Source: the human T2T-CHM13v2.0 reference genome, Homo sapiens. Taken from it: DNA of 64,000 nucleotides. The notes under the pieces were generated by a model, which saw nothing but the letters and a program-made list of their open reading frames with translations, had not been told where the DNA came from and did not search any database. Below are positions 40,881 to 52,564 of this stretch, piece by piece (the first letter of the stretch is position 1; each line of letters starts with the position of its first letter). The stretch is from NCBI RefSeq assembly GCF_009914755.1, contig NC_060938.1; one strand, 5' to 3'. The translations under genes were made by a program, and so were the position numbers.

Positions 40881-42963
40881 ACTTGTTAAATACATGAAAT
40901 CTAATTATGCCATCTCCTTGCCAGACTTCTCCCTTTGCCAGTAAGTACCCAGAGAGTAGAGATTATGTCTGTCTTGCTCTCAGCATTATATTCTGGGCAC
41001 GTGACACAGGGCTTAGCAGAGAGGAGACAATTTTTAAGTTAATACTTTTTCAGTTAATAGTACTGTAACTACCCAAGGTTTGCTTTATATATATTTATTT
41101 CTCCAGAATTTACTATTTGTTTGGCACTGGTATAAACTCAATATAATTAAATGAGTAAAATATAATCAGAGCCTAAATACACTTAAGAGAAAAATTCCCT
41201 TACATTATTACAGATAATCAATAGATATTTGTGCATATTGTAAAAAAGAAAGTGGGTCTGTTACTCTAGTAATGATTTATCTAGATTGTGCTTTTAGGTT
41301 TGGAAGGAAATTTGAACTGAAGACAAATTATCAGGACAAAACTCAAGACAAAACTTGAGCCATATCAAAAGAAATAAAACAAATGAAAATCAGTAGAATT
41401 ACAACTGAAAAAACACATGGATATAGATATTGATGATATATAGGTACAGATACATGCAGTTACATATATATGATGATATAATGAAACAATATATAATACA
41501 TGCAATTACATATTTATGTGTGTATATATACACACACACACACTATATATATATATATATATCACACACATAATTACTCCAAAAATAACCAACCTCTAAT
41601 CATTCTGAAAGATTTACTGCATGTAGTCAATATTCTAAAAGCAACCACGGAGTGATAATGATTCTCAGATATAAACAAATAATGAACATTGTCATTTAGA
41701 TGTATATTTAATAATAAAGTCTCTTTACTCACATAGAGTTAATTATACTCTGTCAGTCCTTGTTTCTGTTTCCACTGACAAATTCTGTTTCAATTTGCAT
41801 TTTCTGAATAATACTTTTCCAACATTCCACTGAAATAGTACCTAGTAATTTCATTAATGATGATGATCTCTTGTTAAAATTTAATAAACCTTTCTTTTGT
41901 ATGCTTCCATACTTCTCTGCTTATTTCTAACACTTTAGATTACCTTTACTACTGTGACAGCTCCTCGTATATAGGCAATTAATTACAGATATAATAATTT
42001 AGTCATTTCTTGGTTGTTTTACCATTGAATATTCTAGTTACTGAAGTCTGCAACCTTTTACTAATATATTCCTAGTGAAATCTGATCCATTATCATGGTT
42101 CCAATGAGCACTAATGTATAGATAACTGACAAATCTCTAGACAAAAAGAAAAAAAGCAAACTTACTAAAAATCACCAATAGTATTATAATTAATAAATTC
42201 TAGATTATCCTAATTTTTCTTGTCCTTGGAGTTGCAATGTTTGCTAGCATACATTATAGGACATACTTAAATTTTGGTCTATCCCACTCAACATTTTCCC
42301 CAAGAAGAAATGTAGTCTCTTATCCTTTTGGATCTCTTAAGATAATCTATGCTGCATTTCTAATTCTCTTTTCTTTTTTTTTCAGGGGGTGGGCGGGGTC
42401 AAGGTTTAAGGGCTAGAAAACCTTGAATTGTTCCCCTTCACTGAAAGGTCATTTCAAAAACCGTTAGTTTGTCATTTGAGACTCTATGCAGTCTAAGCAA
42501 AACACTTTTTCCTTATTCCTCACATAAACTCTTCATTCTCATCAAATTAGTTATGTCACTATCTTGAGGTATCTCTTTATGATTTCCTAATGCTCCCCAT
42601 TCCTTGCTATGAGTCATTTTTTTGTTCCTATCTGAACTGATGTGTCCTTCAAAAAATATATTGTGACTGGAGTGCAGCGCAACAAAGAGCATAAAATGAG
42701 ATAAGATTTCAAAGCTTGGAAAAGGTCATATTAGAGGGGCTATGATCGCAGATTTATATTTATTCTAAAGTTACTTATTCTGTGTTTAACGCTACTAATC
42801 TCCTCTTTCTAATTTTTTTCACCAAGGCTTGCTTTCTCCTCTTGGAAGATACGTCAAACTTGATTTCCACCAACCCTAATTCTCCATTTCACCAAACAAC
42901 TCTACTCTCCAGTCTTTTTGAATTTTATCTGACAGCCATTATTTCAAGAAAGTGTTTTCTCTC

Positions 42964-43261
42964 TTTTTTTTTTTTTTTTTTTGAGACATAGTTTAGCTCT
43001 GTCACCCAGGCTGGAGTGCAGTGGCGCAACCTCGGCTCGCTGAAACTCTGCCTCCAGGTTCAAGCGATTCCCATGCTTCAGCCTCCCAAGTAGCTGGGAT
43101 TATAGGTGCATGCCATCACACTGGGATAATTTTTATATTTTTAGTAGAGACGGGATTTCACCATATTGACCAGGCTGGTCTGGAACTCCTGGCCTCAAGT
43201 GATCTGCCTGCCTTGGCCTCCCAAAGTGCTGGGATTACAGGCATGAGCCACTGCACCAGCC
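42964..43261 (-). mobile_element. Alu (AluS)
   Basis: Poly-T followed by a full reverse dimer. Confidence 0.93.
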
Positions 43262-44075
43262 TCAATATGAAGAGATTTCAACCTAAAAGCTCTTACTTCT
43301 GATCCATCCTCTAAAAGTGTATTCTTCCTATACGTATTCTCCTTTACTTTTTGAGTTAATGCTTTTGTCTATTTATATCAGTCACATTTGTGTATATATT
43401 TATATATGTTTTTATCATTTACATTATGTCTATGTATTGATCCTGCCTTTCCATTTAATGAGATCACTTCAAATTCTCTTCCCTACCATTTGGGCAGTGT
43501 TTTGCATGTTGTCAACTCAGAAAAGATTGCTGACTAGATAGGAATAGAGCACACAGTAAGGTTTTAGTAAGCTTCCTGAACCATGTTGACTCTAATGGTA
43601 GTAATAGGAACTTTAAAAATCTTTACATTAGGGTAGCCTGCAAGATAGATTTATGAAGCTGCATTTGGGGCCACCCATAGCAGAGCTGAACAGTCAATTA
43701 TGGAAAAGAGAATGTAAAAGAAAGGTAAGCCCCAAGGGAAATATATACAATAATCAAGTACAGAGAATCAACATCAATGCAGCTCTGGCCATTAAAATGC
43801 AGAGGTGGCTTTTGTAAAGGATGCATCCTTAAAATATTTTGTATACCTGAATTTTTTTGGTCATGGACACTGCTGGTATTTATGTTATCTAAAGGTAAAA
43901 AATATGAATTTGGTGGTAATATTGATATTACAAAAGAGAATTTGTGCTACTGTTTGAGATGATTTCTATTCTTTAAAGACCTACAAGTGTGGCCCTATAA
44001 ATACAATGGTATGCACATCCATATCCTAGTTAATTCTTATTCAGAGCACAGCAACAAAATTGGCATAGGAGAAGG

Positions 44076-44515
44076 TGCTATAGTTTGGATGTTTGTCCCT
44101 AATCTTCATGTTGAAATTTAATCCCAATGTTGGAGGTAGGGCCTAATGAAAGGTATCTGGGTCATGCGGGCAGACCCCTCATGAATAGATGATTAATGTC
44201 CTGAGGGGGGCTGTGAGTTCTAACTCTGTTAATTTCCTTGAGAGCTGGTTGTTAAAAAGAAATCTGATACCTCCCCCTCTCTCTCTTGCTTTCTCTCTCA
44301 TCATGTGATCTCTGCACATACCAGCTCCCCTTTGCCTTTTGCCATGAGTGAAAGCAGCATGAAGCCCTCACCAGACGCAGATGCCACATCATGCTTCCTG
44401 TACAGTCTGCAAAACTGAGAACCAAATAAATCTCTTTTCTTTATACATTACCTAATCTCAGGTGTTCCTATATGGCAACACAAAACACAGAACACAATAA
44501 CAAAATGGACTGTAA
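44076..44515 (+). mobile_element. MaLR solo LTR (MST family)
   Basis: tgctatagtttggatgtttgtccc...catgttgaaatt...gaaccaaataaatctcttttctttata...tcaggtgttcc. Confidence 0.85.
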
Positions 44516-46499
44516 AGAATAGACAAAAAAGAAAGAAAAGCCTCTAGAGCCATGATTTCCCAATGGTTCAGCTATCATGGGATTGGAGAGTTGTTCTGGG
44601 TGAGTTAAAATGATTTCCTGCAGTCAGAAAACAAGATACCAAGATATGTGAACCTAGAGGGCCCAGGTAACATGGTCTCTAAGTTAATATGTAAGATTAA
44701 TGTATATACCATGCCAATGGGAGAGTGGGTAATACAGATGAAGTCTGTTAATGGAATATTGTTTAAAATAACAGAATTATGGAAAATTTTGAGCCTTACC
44801 TTCTTAATTCATGACAGTCAGCATATAATAAAAATATTTTAAAACAATACAGCAGAATGTATAAGAAAGCAGAGAATATGTGCACACATAGATTAATGTT
44901 ATCAAATGGCATATATGTATACCTGTGATAATGAGTATAATTTAGGCTTTACTATTTATAACTACTTTAACATTAATTTTATTTTGTTGATCATTTGAAT
45001 TTGATACTTTGGGTGTTGGGAGGCTTTTTGCAAGTGAATTTTCATGATTTGTAAAAAGGAATTTTGAGTTGATTATTGTCTAATTGTATAATTAGTCTAA
45101 TTAGACTAATTATAACTAATTAGGTAATTGATGTAAATATGTTCAGTCTTGTAATTAGATGGTATAATTACAATACACAAGATGATGTCATGAACATCTT
45201 TACAAAAGTTCTAGACTAATGGAAAGTGAATTTTCAATTTGTAAGATTTAAGCAATTGTTTAACATTTCTTAAACAATTACAAAATTATCTGCAATACAT
45301 ATATTTAACTTTTGACATTATTTTTTAACAAAAGAAATAAAAGGAAGACATACAATGTATATTAGTTAGTGGCCCTTACCAATGCTGACATTGCTGTAAT
45401 GAAGCAGCCTCAAGCCGTATTTCCATATTACTTATAAAATAAACTAGAACTTTAAAAAAATTATATTCATTCATTTTGATACTTAGATATCAGTAAAAAC
45501 TAAAGTCTGTCAATTTAGATTCATTTTATGAAGCTCTAATGACTAATTTATTACAAATTTATAAATAGAAAATGATATATGCTGGCCTATGTCTTTTAGT
45601 AGTAAGTGAGTGGAAGGACGAAAAGTATAATTATTCGTCTTAGAAATACTGCATTATGTGCTTATGAATTCATATCAGCTTTAGGAACACAGACCAATTT
45701 TTTTCTGGAAACATTGTCTATAAAAAGGTATAAACAAGATTTTTGTCACTCAACAGAATTCAGGAATAAATATTCAATTCAAATTGCTATAGTTATTAAC
45801 ATATAATGAATGGGTATACAAAATAGATATATCTCATCTTAGAAATTCTATTTTATTAAAAACAAGACATTATTATTAAATAACATTATTATTGAAAACA
45901 TATCTTCAAAAGAAGTTTCATTTTCTAACATTAAAACTTAAGTAGACATATGATCTATTATCTGAACCCTTCCACCATATATACCCAGTATGACTTCCCA
46001 GCTTCACAGTTCCCTGTTCTCCACACATACTAATTATTGTTCTAACTAACCAGAGATACAGATACTCTTTGGAGACATTGTCTTTCTTCTGCATTACTTG
46101 CATGTGCTAATGTCTCCACCTTGAGTGCTCCCTCCATAGCAGTGTTGTGTAGCTCTATTTAGACAACGATTTTTATTTTATATCATAATTATTGATCACC
46201 TTAAGTTTTCCTTTATATATCAACAAACATTAGAGGAGAAGCCTTGCCTAGTGACCTCTGTGTCTCTGGAAAAGGTATGCCCATATCTTGAATATACTAG
46301 ATCTTATTTTAACTGAATCTTATTTACGTCATGAAGCCACAAAGGTCAATGACTATCAACCTAAGGAGATAAATTTAAAAATTAAAATATTATTGAAGTG
46401 CTCCAATACAAACAATACTAACATAAAAGTTTTTTTCATTATAGAGTACACATGGCAGTATGGGAAACAGTAGTTCAAGAAATCAATAACATCTAAGAA

Positions 46500-46692
46500 G
46501 TATATATGTATATGTTTATATAAGGTTATATATACATATATACACACAAATATATATGTGTATATATATGTATATATATATACACACATATATATACACA
46601 TATATATATACACACATATATATACACATATATATATATACACACACACATATATATATATATATATACACATATGGAGAGAGGGAGAGAGA
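46500..46692. repeat. (TA/CA/TG)n alternating purine-pyrimidine tract followed by (GA)n
   Basis: About 175 bp of tata/caca/tgtg repeats. Confidence 0.92.
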
Positions 46693-46857
46693 GGCATAAA
46701 AACACTAGCACAATAAGCAAAAGATAAAGTAAACAGGGAAAGAGTAACCCAATATGGAAGTATAAAAAGGAAGGAATGAGACATCATATCAGCTTTTCAT
46801 AGATGGCTTCTCTGAGATGATGAGTCCTCAGTGTTAAGAAGGCCTCTGCCATATTAT

Positions 46858-48783
46858 CAAACTAAAGAATACCTAGAAATAAATTTAACCAAGGAGGGGA
46901 AAGATGGATACAATTCAAACCATCAAACATCGATGAGAAAAACTGAAGAGGATACAATTAAATTGGAAGATATCACAGGTTAATGGATTGGAAGAATTAA
47001 CATTGTTAAAATGTCTGTGCTATCCAAAGTGATCCACAGATTCAATCCAATCTTGTCAAAATACCAATGAAATTCTTCACAGATATTGGAAAACACAATC
47101 CAAAATTTCTATGAAACCACAAAAGATCCCAAACAGCCAAAGCAATTTTGAGCAAAAACAACAAAGTTGGCATCATACTATCTGACTTCAAAATATTCTA
47201 CAATACTATAGTAACCAAAACAGCATAGTACTGACATAAAAATAGACATAGAGACCAATGGAATGGAATAGACAGCACATAACCAAATCAACACACTTAC
47301 AGCCAATGAATTTTCAACAAAAGTGCTAAAATCTCACATTAGGGAATGGACAATGTGTCTTCAGTAGATAGTGCTGGGAAGCTTGAATATTCACATGCAG
47401 AAAAGTAAAGCTAGACTTCTATCTCTCCGCATATAAAAACATCAACTCAAAATGAATTCAAGACTTAAATGTAAGACCTGAGATAACACAACTACTAGAA
47501 GAAAACATAGGGGAAATGCTTCATGACATTGGTCTGGGGACAGGCAACTGAAACAGAAATAGAGAAACAGAATTATATTGAACTAAAAAGCTTGGGCATA
47601 GGAATGGAAACAATCAACACAGTGAAGAAACAACTTACAGAATGGGAGAAAATATTTGCAAACTATGCATTTGATAAGAGGTTAATATCTAGAAAATACA
47701 CAGAACTCAACTCAATAGCAAAAAAAAATCTCATTTTAAAATGGGCAAAAGATGTAAATAGACATTACTCAAAAGAATACATACAAATGACCAACAGTTA
47801 TGTGAAAAAATGCTCAACATCACTAATTATTAGGGACATGCAAAACAAAACCACAGTGAGCTATCACCTCCCTCCCATTAGAATGCTATTATCAAAAGGA
47901 CAAAAAATAACAAATTCTGGTGTGGATGCAGAGAAAGAGGAACACTTATACACTGTTGGCGGGAATGCAAATTAGTACAGCCATTATGGAAAACAGTATA
48001 GAGGTTCCTCAAAAAATTAAAAATAGAGCTATAATATGATCCAGCAATCCTACTGTTGGATAGATCCAAAAGAAATTAAGACAGTATGTCGAGGAGATAC
48101 CTGCACCTCCATATTTATTACAGGACTATTCACAATAGACAAAATATGGAATAAACCTAAGTGTCCATCAACAGATGAATGGATAAAGAAAATGTGGAAT
48201 ATGTACATAATGGAATACTATTCAGCTATGAAATAATGAATGCAGCTATAAAATAATGAGTGTTTATTTTACCTAATATAATGTTCTCCAGATCCACCCA
48301 CATTGCTGCAAATGATGGGTCTGTCCCAGAGCCAGCAACATGGATGGATCTGGAGGACATTATGTTAAGTAAAATAATTAAGGTACAGAAAGACAAATAC
48401 TATATTATCTACTCATGTGTGGAATCTAAAGAAGTTGACCTCATAGAATTAGGGAGCACAATAATCATTAGCAGTGGTTAGAGGGAGGTAGAAGGGAGAA
48501 TAGAGAGAGATTGGTTAATAGGTGCAAAGTTACACTTTGGAGGAATAAATTCTAGTGTTCTATTGCAGAATAAGTTGACTATTTAACAATATTGTATTGT
48601 ATGTTTCAATACAGCTAGACGAGAATGTTCTGAATGTTCTCACCATGAAGAAATGATAAATGTATCAGGTAATGGATATGCTAAATACCCTGATTTGATT
48701 ATGATACAATGTGTAGACATGTATCAAAACATCACACCATACCAGATAAATATGGACAATTACAATGTATCAATTTTTTAAAA
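46858..48783 (+). mobile_element. Old 5'-truncated L1 (L1MA4-like) with an internal rearrangement at 48223-48377
   Basis: Degraded ORF2 end (ORFs 47523 and 48036: WNKPKCPSTDEWIKKMW) and an L1MA-type 3'UTR. Confidence 0.88.
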
Positions 48784-48924
48784 GTTTGATTGTGCTTGTT
48801 TAATAAATTTAAAATAAATTCCTAAATACTTTGATAGTATGAAAGATTTTCCAAAATCTGGCCAAGGCCCCTGTGTTCATTTCCAAGTGATTAGACCCAT
48901 TTGCAGGTTAGAAATAGCCATATA

Positions 48925-49238
48925 GCCGGGCACGGTGGCTCACACCTGTAATCCCAGCACATTGGGAGGCCAAGGCAGGTGGATTGCTTGAGGTCAGGAG
49001 CTTGAGATCAGCCTAGCCAACATGGTGAAACCCCACCTCTACTAAAAATACAAAAATTAGCCCAGTGTGGTGGCAGGTGCCTGTAATCCCAGCTACTCAG
49101 GAGGCTGAGGCATGAGAAACGCTTAAACCCTGAGGCAGAAGTTGCAGTGAGTGGAGATCATGCCACTGCACTCCAGCCCAGGTGACAGAGCAAGGCTCCA
49201 TCTCAAAAACAAACAAACAAACAAACAAACAAACAAAA
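48925..49238 (+). mobile_element. Alu (AluS) with (AAAC)n tail
   Basis: TSD AGAAATAGCCATATA at 48910-48924 and 49239-49253. Confidence 0.95.
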
Positions 49239-49861
49239 AGAAATAGCCATATAGAGAAAAGATGTTTAGAATTTCCTCATTATCTATAAATGTTATCATG
49301 TTTTACAAGATTCTAGAGGAAAACATGTTTTCTAAATCTTAATGTCCATATTTTAAAAATAAATTGACAATAGAAAAATAAAATATGTAATAGATGATCA
49401 TTTATCTGGATAATATTTTAAACTAAAAAAATCATTTTAGTAACAATTGGAGAATGCATTAAAGTACTGCGGAATGTATGGGGGAAAATTCAGTCCTGCC
49501 TGCTGGCAGAGAACACTTAGTATCATAGTGGCCTAAATCAAGAGACGATCAGATTAGAACAGGCTTCGTTTCAGTACTATGTTATGGTGAACTGACTAGT
49601 AATACATGTGCGATGCTGATTTCCAGAGATTTATATTTTGGTAAGTTAAAACTGTTCTATACCTTTTAAAAAATAAAGAATACATATTTTAATTTACAAT
49701 CTATTTGCAAAACAGGAATATATATGATGTGTGCAGATGTTATCATATAATCACTGCATTATTCCACAGTTAATGTCTAAATATTGGCAATTATACTAAT
49801 CTGAAGGATCTCAGGCCTTAGTTTACCATATAAGGAAATATATTCAATGGTGAAAAATGGG

Positions 49862-50035
49862 ATCCTGAGTAGCTGGGATTACAGGCACGTGCCACCATGC
49901 CCAGCTAATTTCTGTATTTTCAGTAGAGATGGGGTTTCACCATGTTGGCCAGGATCATCTCAATCTCTTGACCTCATCTCAGCCTCAGCCTCCCAAAATG
50001 CTGAGAGTACAGGCATGAGCCACCACGCCTAGCCA
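49862..50035 (-). mobile_element. Partial Alu
   Basis: cctgagtagctgggattacagg...gagccaccacgcctagcc; the distal right arm and tail are missing. Confidence 0.88.
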
Positions 50036-50835
50036 ATTTATATAATTTTTAAAATTATTTTTCATTATCACAATACTTTTGAACATTTGTCCAAATTTTT
50101 TTTTATTTAAAACTTTTTCATTGTTAATTTAGGTTTATGCTTCTTTCATCAAAAAACCTTTATAATAACAGCATGCAAATATTCCCACGAATTTCAATAT
50201 CTTCCTCAGGACTTATTAATTCCTTACTCTTTGTGTATTACACAAGAATATTTCATATTACGCTCACTTTATGTAAAATTAATTCAACTTTTATTAAATA
50301 CATTTTTAATGACTCGTTAAATATTTTCATTTTTAGCATAATTAAAGCTCTATTTCTAAACCAAGTCAAAAACAAACATGACTAAAGGAAATTAAAGACA
50401 TATCTTTCCTAAAACTAAAGCCAAATAAATTTCAAACAAGTTTCTTCATTTTTTTAATAGTTATTCACCATTTGCAAATGGGGAAATCAAAATCTCTCCT
50501 TTTGAGAAATACTTTCCACAAAATCCAAATCAGCTAGCAAAATGTATAACTATGTACATTATAGTGAAACATAGGAAAACTTATAGATTAAAAAAAAGTT
50601 AGGACATAGTAAGTTAAAAAATGTTTTCAAAAGTTAACATTTTAAATTTAACTAACCACATAAAAATAAGTTGTCCTTTATATTTAAGTTCTCTAATCTT
50701 TAAGTCAAGCACACATTGGTTTTTGAAAGGCCAGAATAGAGAAACTATCTTTTCAAATAGCTATGAATTCATGCTGCCTGAATTAGGAAAGTATCCTAGC
50801 AGAGTAGGGTGGAAATACTGTACCTTAATTCATAC

Positions 50836-51032
50836 CTGGGTAAAGAATGGTTCATAAATCTCAACTCCTTTATCAGATCCTTGCAGCAAGACCTCCTGGC
50901 CACGTCTCCAGCTATACCGAACAGGAGGATTGGAATTGGCAACACACCGGAGGAACACTGTTCTCTCATAGTAAAATTGTTCTTTAGCTTCACCTATACT
51001 TTGATGAACAGTTACTACTGGATCATCCAAAT
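50836..51032 (-). CDS. MDGA2: MDGA2 internal coding exon (197 nt, phase 1 to 0), N-terminal part of Ig domain 2
   Basis: Minus strand reads tcctttag|AT TTG GAT GAT...ACC CAG|gtatga. It encodes (Y)LDDPVVTVHQSIGEAKEQFYYERTVFLRCVANSNPPVRYSWRRGQEVLLQGSDKGVEIYEPFFTQ, with the Ig Cys and Trp, which I recognise as MDGA2. It splices in frame to the 38612 exon. Confidence 0.95.
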
Positions 51033-51404
51033 CTAAAGGAAATAAAAACAACCAAATGGCAATGTTATGAGATAGATGACTTTTAAAGTATTGTGCTTAT
51101 ATAACCCAACCAAAAATGCATATTCCTCATTGATTGTATTACTTACCACTAGGTACTCTTTTTTTCACTCAGCTTATTGAATTCATTTACAAAGACGTTT
51201 CCAATGATAAGAAGTATATTAGTATCTCTATTTGTTGATATAGTAAAATTAATCTTGTATATTTCTAACTCTTTGTCAATAGCCACATAAAACAGAGTTC
51301 CATGAGAGAGATAAAAATTTACAACACTCAAATTCAAGAGCTTAGCCAAAACAATGAACCTCAGTGACAAAAAAAAAATTAATATCAGGCTGCTTGACTT
51401 ACTC

Positions 51405-51717
51405 TTTCTCTTTTTTCTTTTTTTAAAACAGAGTCTTGCTCTGTCAACCAGGCTGAAGTCCAGTGGCGCAATCAGAGCTTACTGCAGCCTCAACCTCCTG
51501 AACCCAAGCCATCCTCCTACCTCAGTCTCCTGAGTAGCTGAGACTACAGGCATGTGCTACCATGCCCGGCTAATTTTTTTTTTTTTTTTTTTTTTTTTTG
51601 TACAGACAGGGACTGGCTATGTTGTCCAGGCTGGTCTTAAACTCCTGGCTTCAAGCGATCCTCCCACCTCAGTCTCCCAAAGTGTTAGATTACAGGCGTG
51701 AACTACTATACTAGACC
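51405..51717 (-). mobile_element. Alu (AluJ-like) with an expanded central poly-T
   Basis: Reverse dimer with a long T run at about 51574-51599. Confidence 0.9.
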
Positions 51718-51983
51718 TCTTTGTCTTAATATACTTCTTTTTCCAATTATTTATAACTTATATATTAAAAATAATTTAAAAATTACAAATGATTAGAATA
51801 TGTATAGTACCAAAATATGATCTTGCACAGGACTAAATGTTATCTCAAATTTTATATTCCAGATTATATTTGTTAATTTGAAGAGTGCTAAAAGGCATTA
51901 TTAAAAGGCACTCCTGTTTCTATTACTGGATATTGGAACTAATTATGTGTCATTTTGCATGTATCCTAAAGAAAGACTGTACA

Positions 51984-52208
51984 GTAGAGGCTCAGCATTT
52001 TCTGAAAAAGGTCAATTCATAAATACCTTGGGCTTTGTGATTCAAATGATTGTTTCAACTACCCATCTCTACCATTGCAGTGTGAAAGCAGCAAAACACA
52101 ATAGGTAAATTAATAATGAATGTTGCTGAGTTCCAATAAAACTTTATTTATAAATACAGACACTCCTCAACCAGCTTTGGCTAATGGGCCATAATCTGCC
52201 AACCCCTG
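51984..52208 (+). mobile_element. MER58A-like hAT DNA transposon
   Basis: gttccaataaaactttattta...tgggccataatctgccaacccctg terminal sequence. Confidence 0.75.
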
Positions 52209-52517
52209 ATATGGCATATTCCAGGTTCTTTTCTTAAGCGAAAGATAAATTTTAAAAGTGTACTTCCCTTAAAGCAGCAAGCTTTTAGTTCCATGTGCTA
52301 GTATAAACTTAGTATATACTTTAAGTATGATGCAAAACCTGCTGTGTTCATTACCACCTTCACCCAGCTTTACCCCTTTTAATTATAACCAAGAAAGGTT
52401 ACTTAACTTTGGGGTCTTCAATTTCCTTGTCAGCAGATCGGAATGATAATGATACCATATTATTTAGGCTGTTGAAGGATTAAATGAGATAGTCCATAAA
52501 GCCCTGGACACATAGTA

Positions 52518-52564
52518 TTAAGTTGGTGCAAAAGTAATTTCAGTTTTTGACATTACTTTTAATG
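52518..52564 (+). mobile_element. Half MADE1 (mariner MITE) inside a MIR remnant (about 52370-52600)
   Basis: ttaagttggtgcaaaagtaatttcagtttttgacattacttttaatg matches the left half of MADE1. Confidence 0.8.

Noticed and set aside
42383-42413. G-rich GGGGGTGGGCGGGG...GGG as a G-quadruplex or Sp1 promoter
   Set aside because: It is isolated, the fourth G-run is 11 nt away, and there is no CpG island or other promoter evidence.
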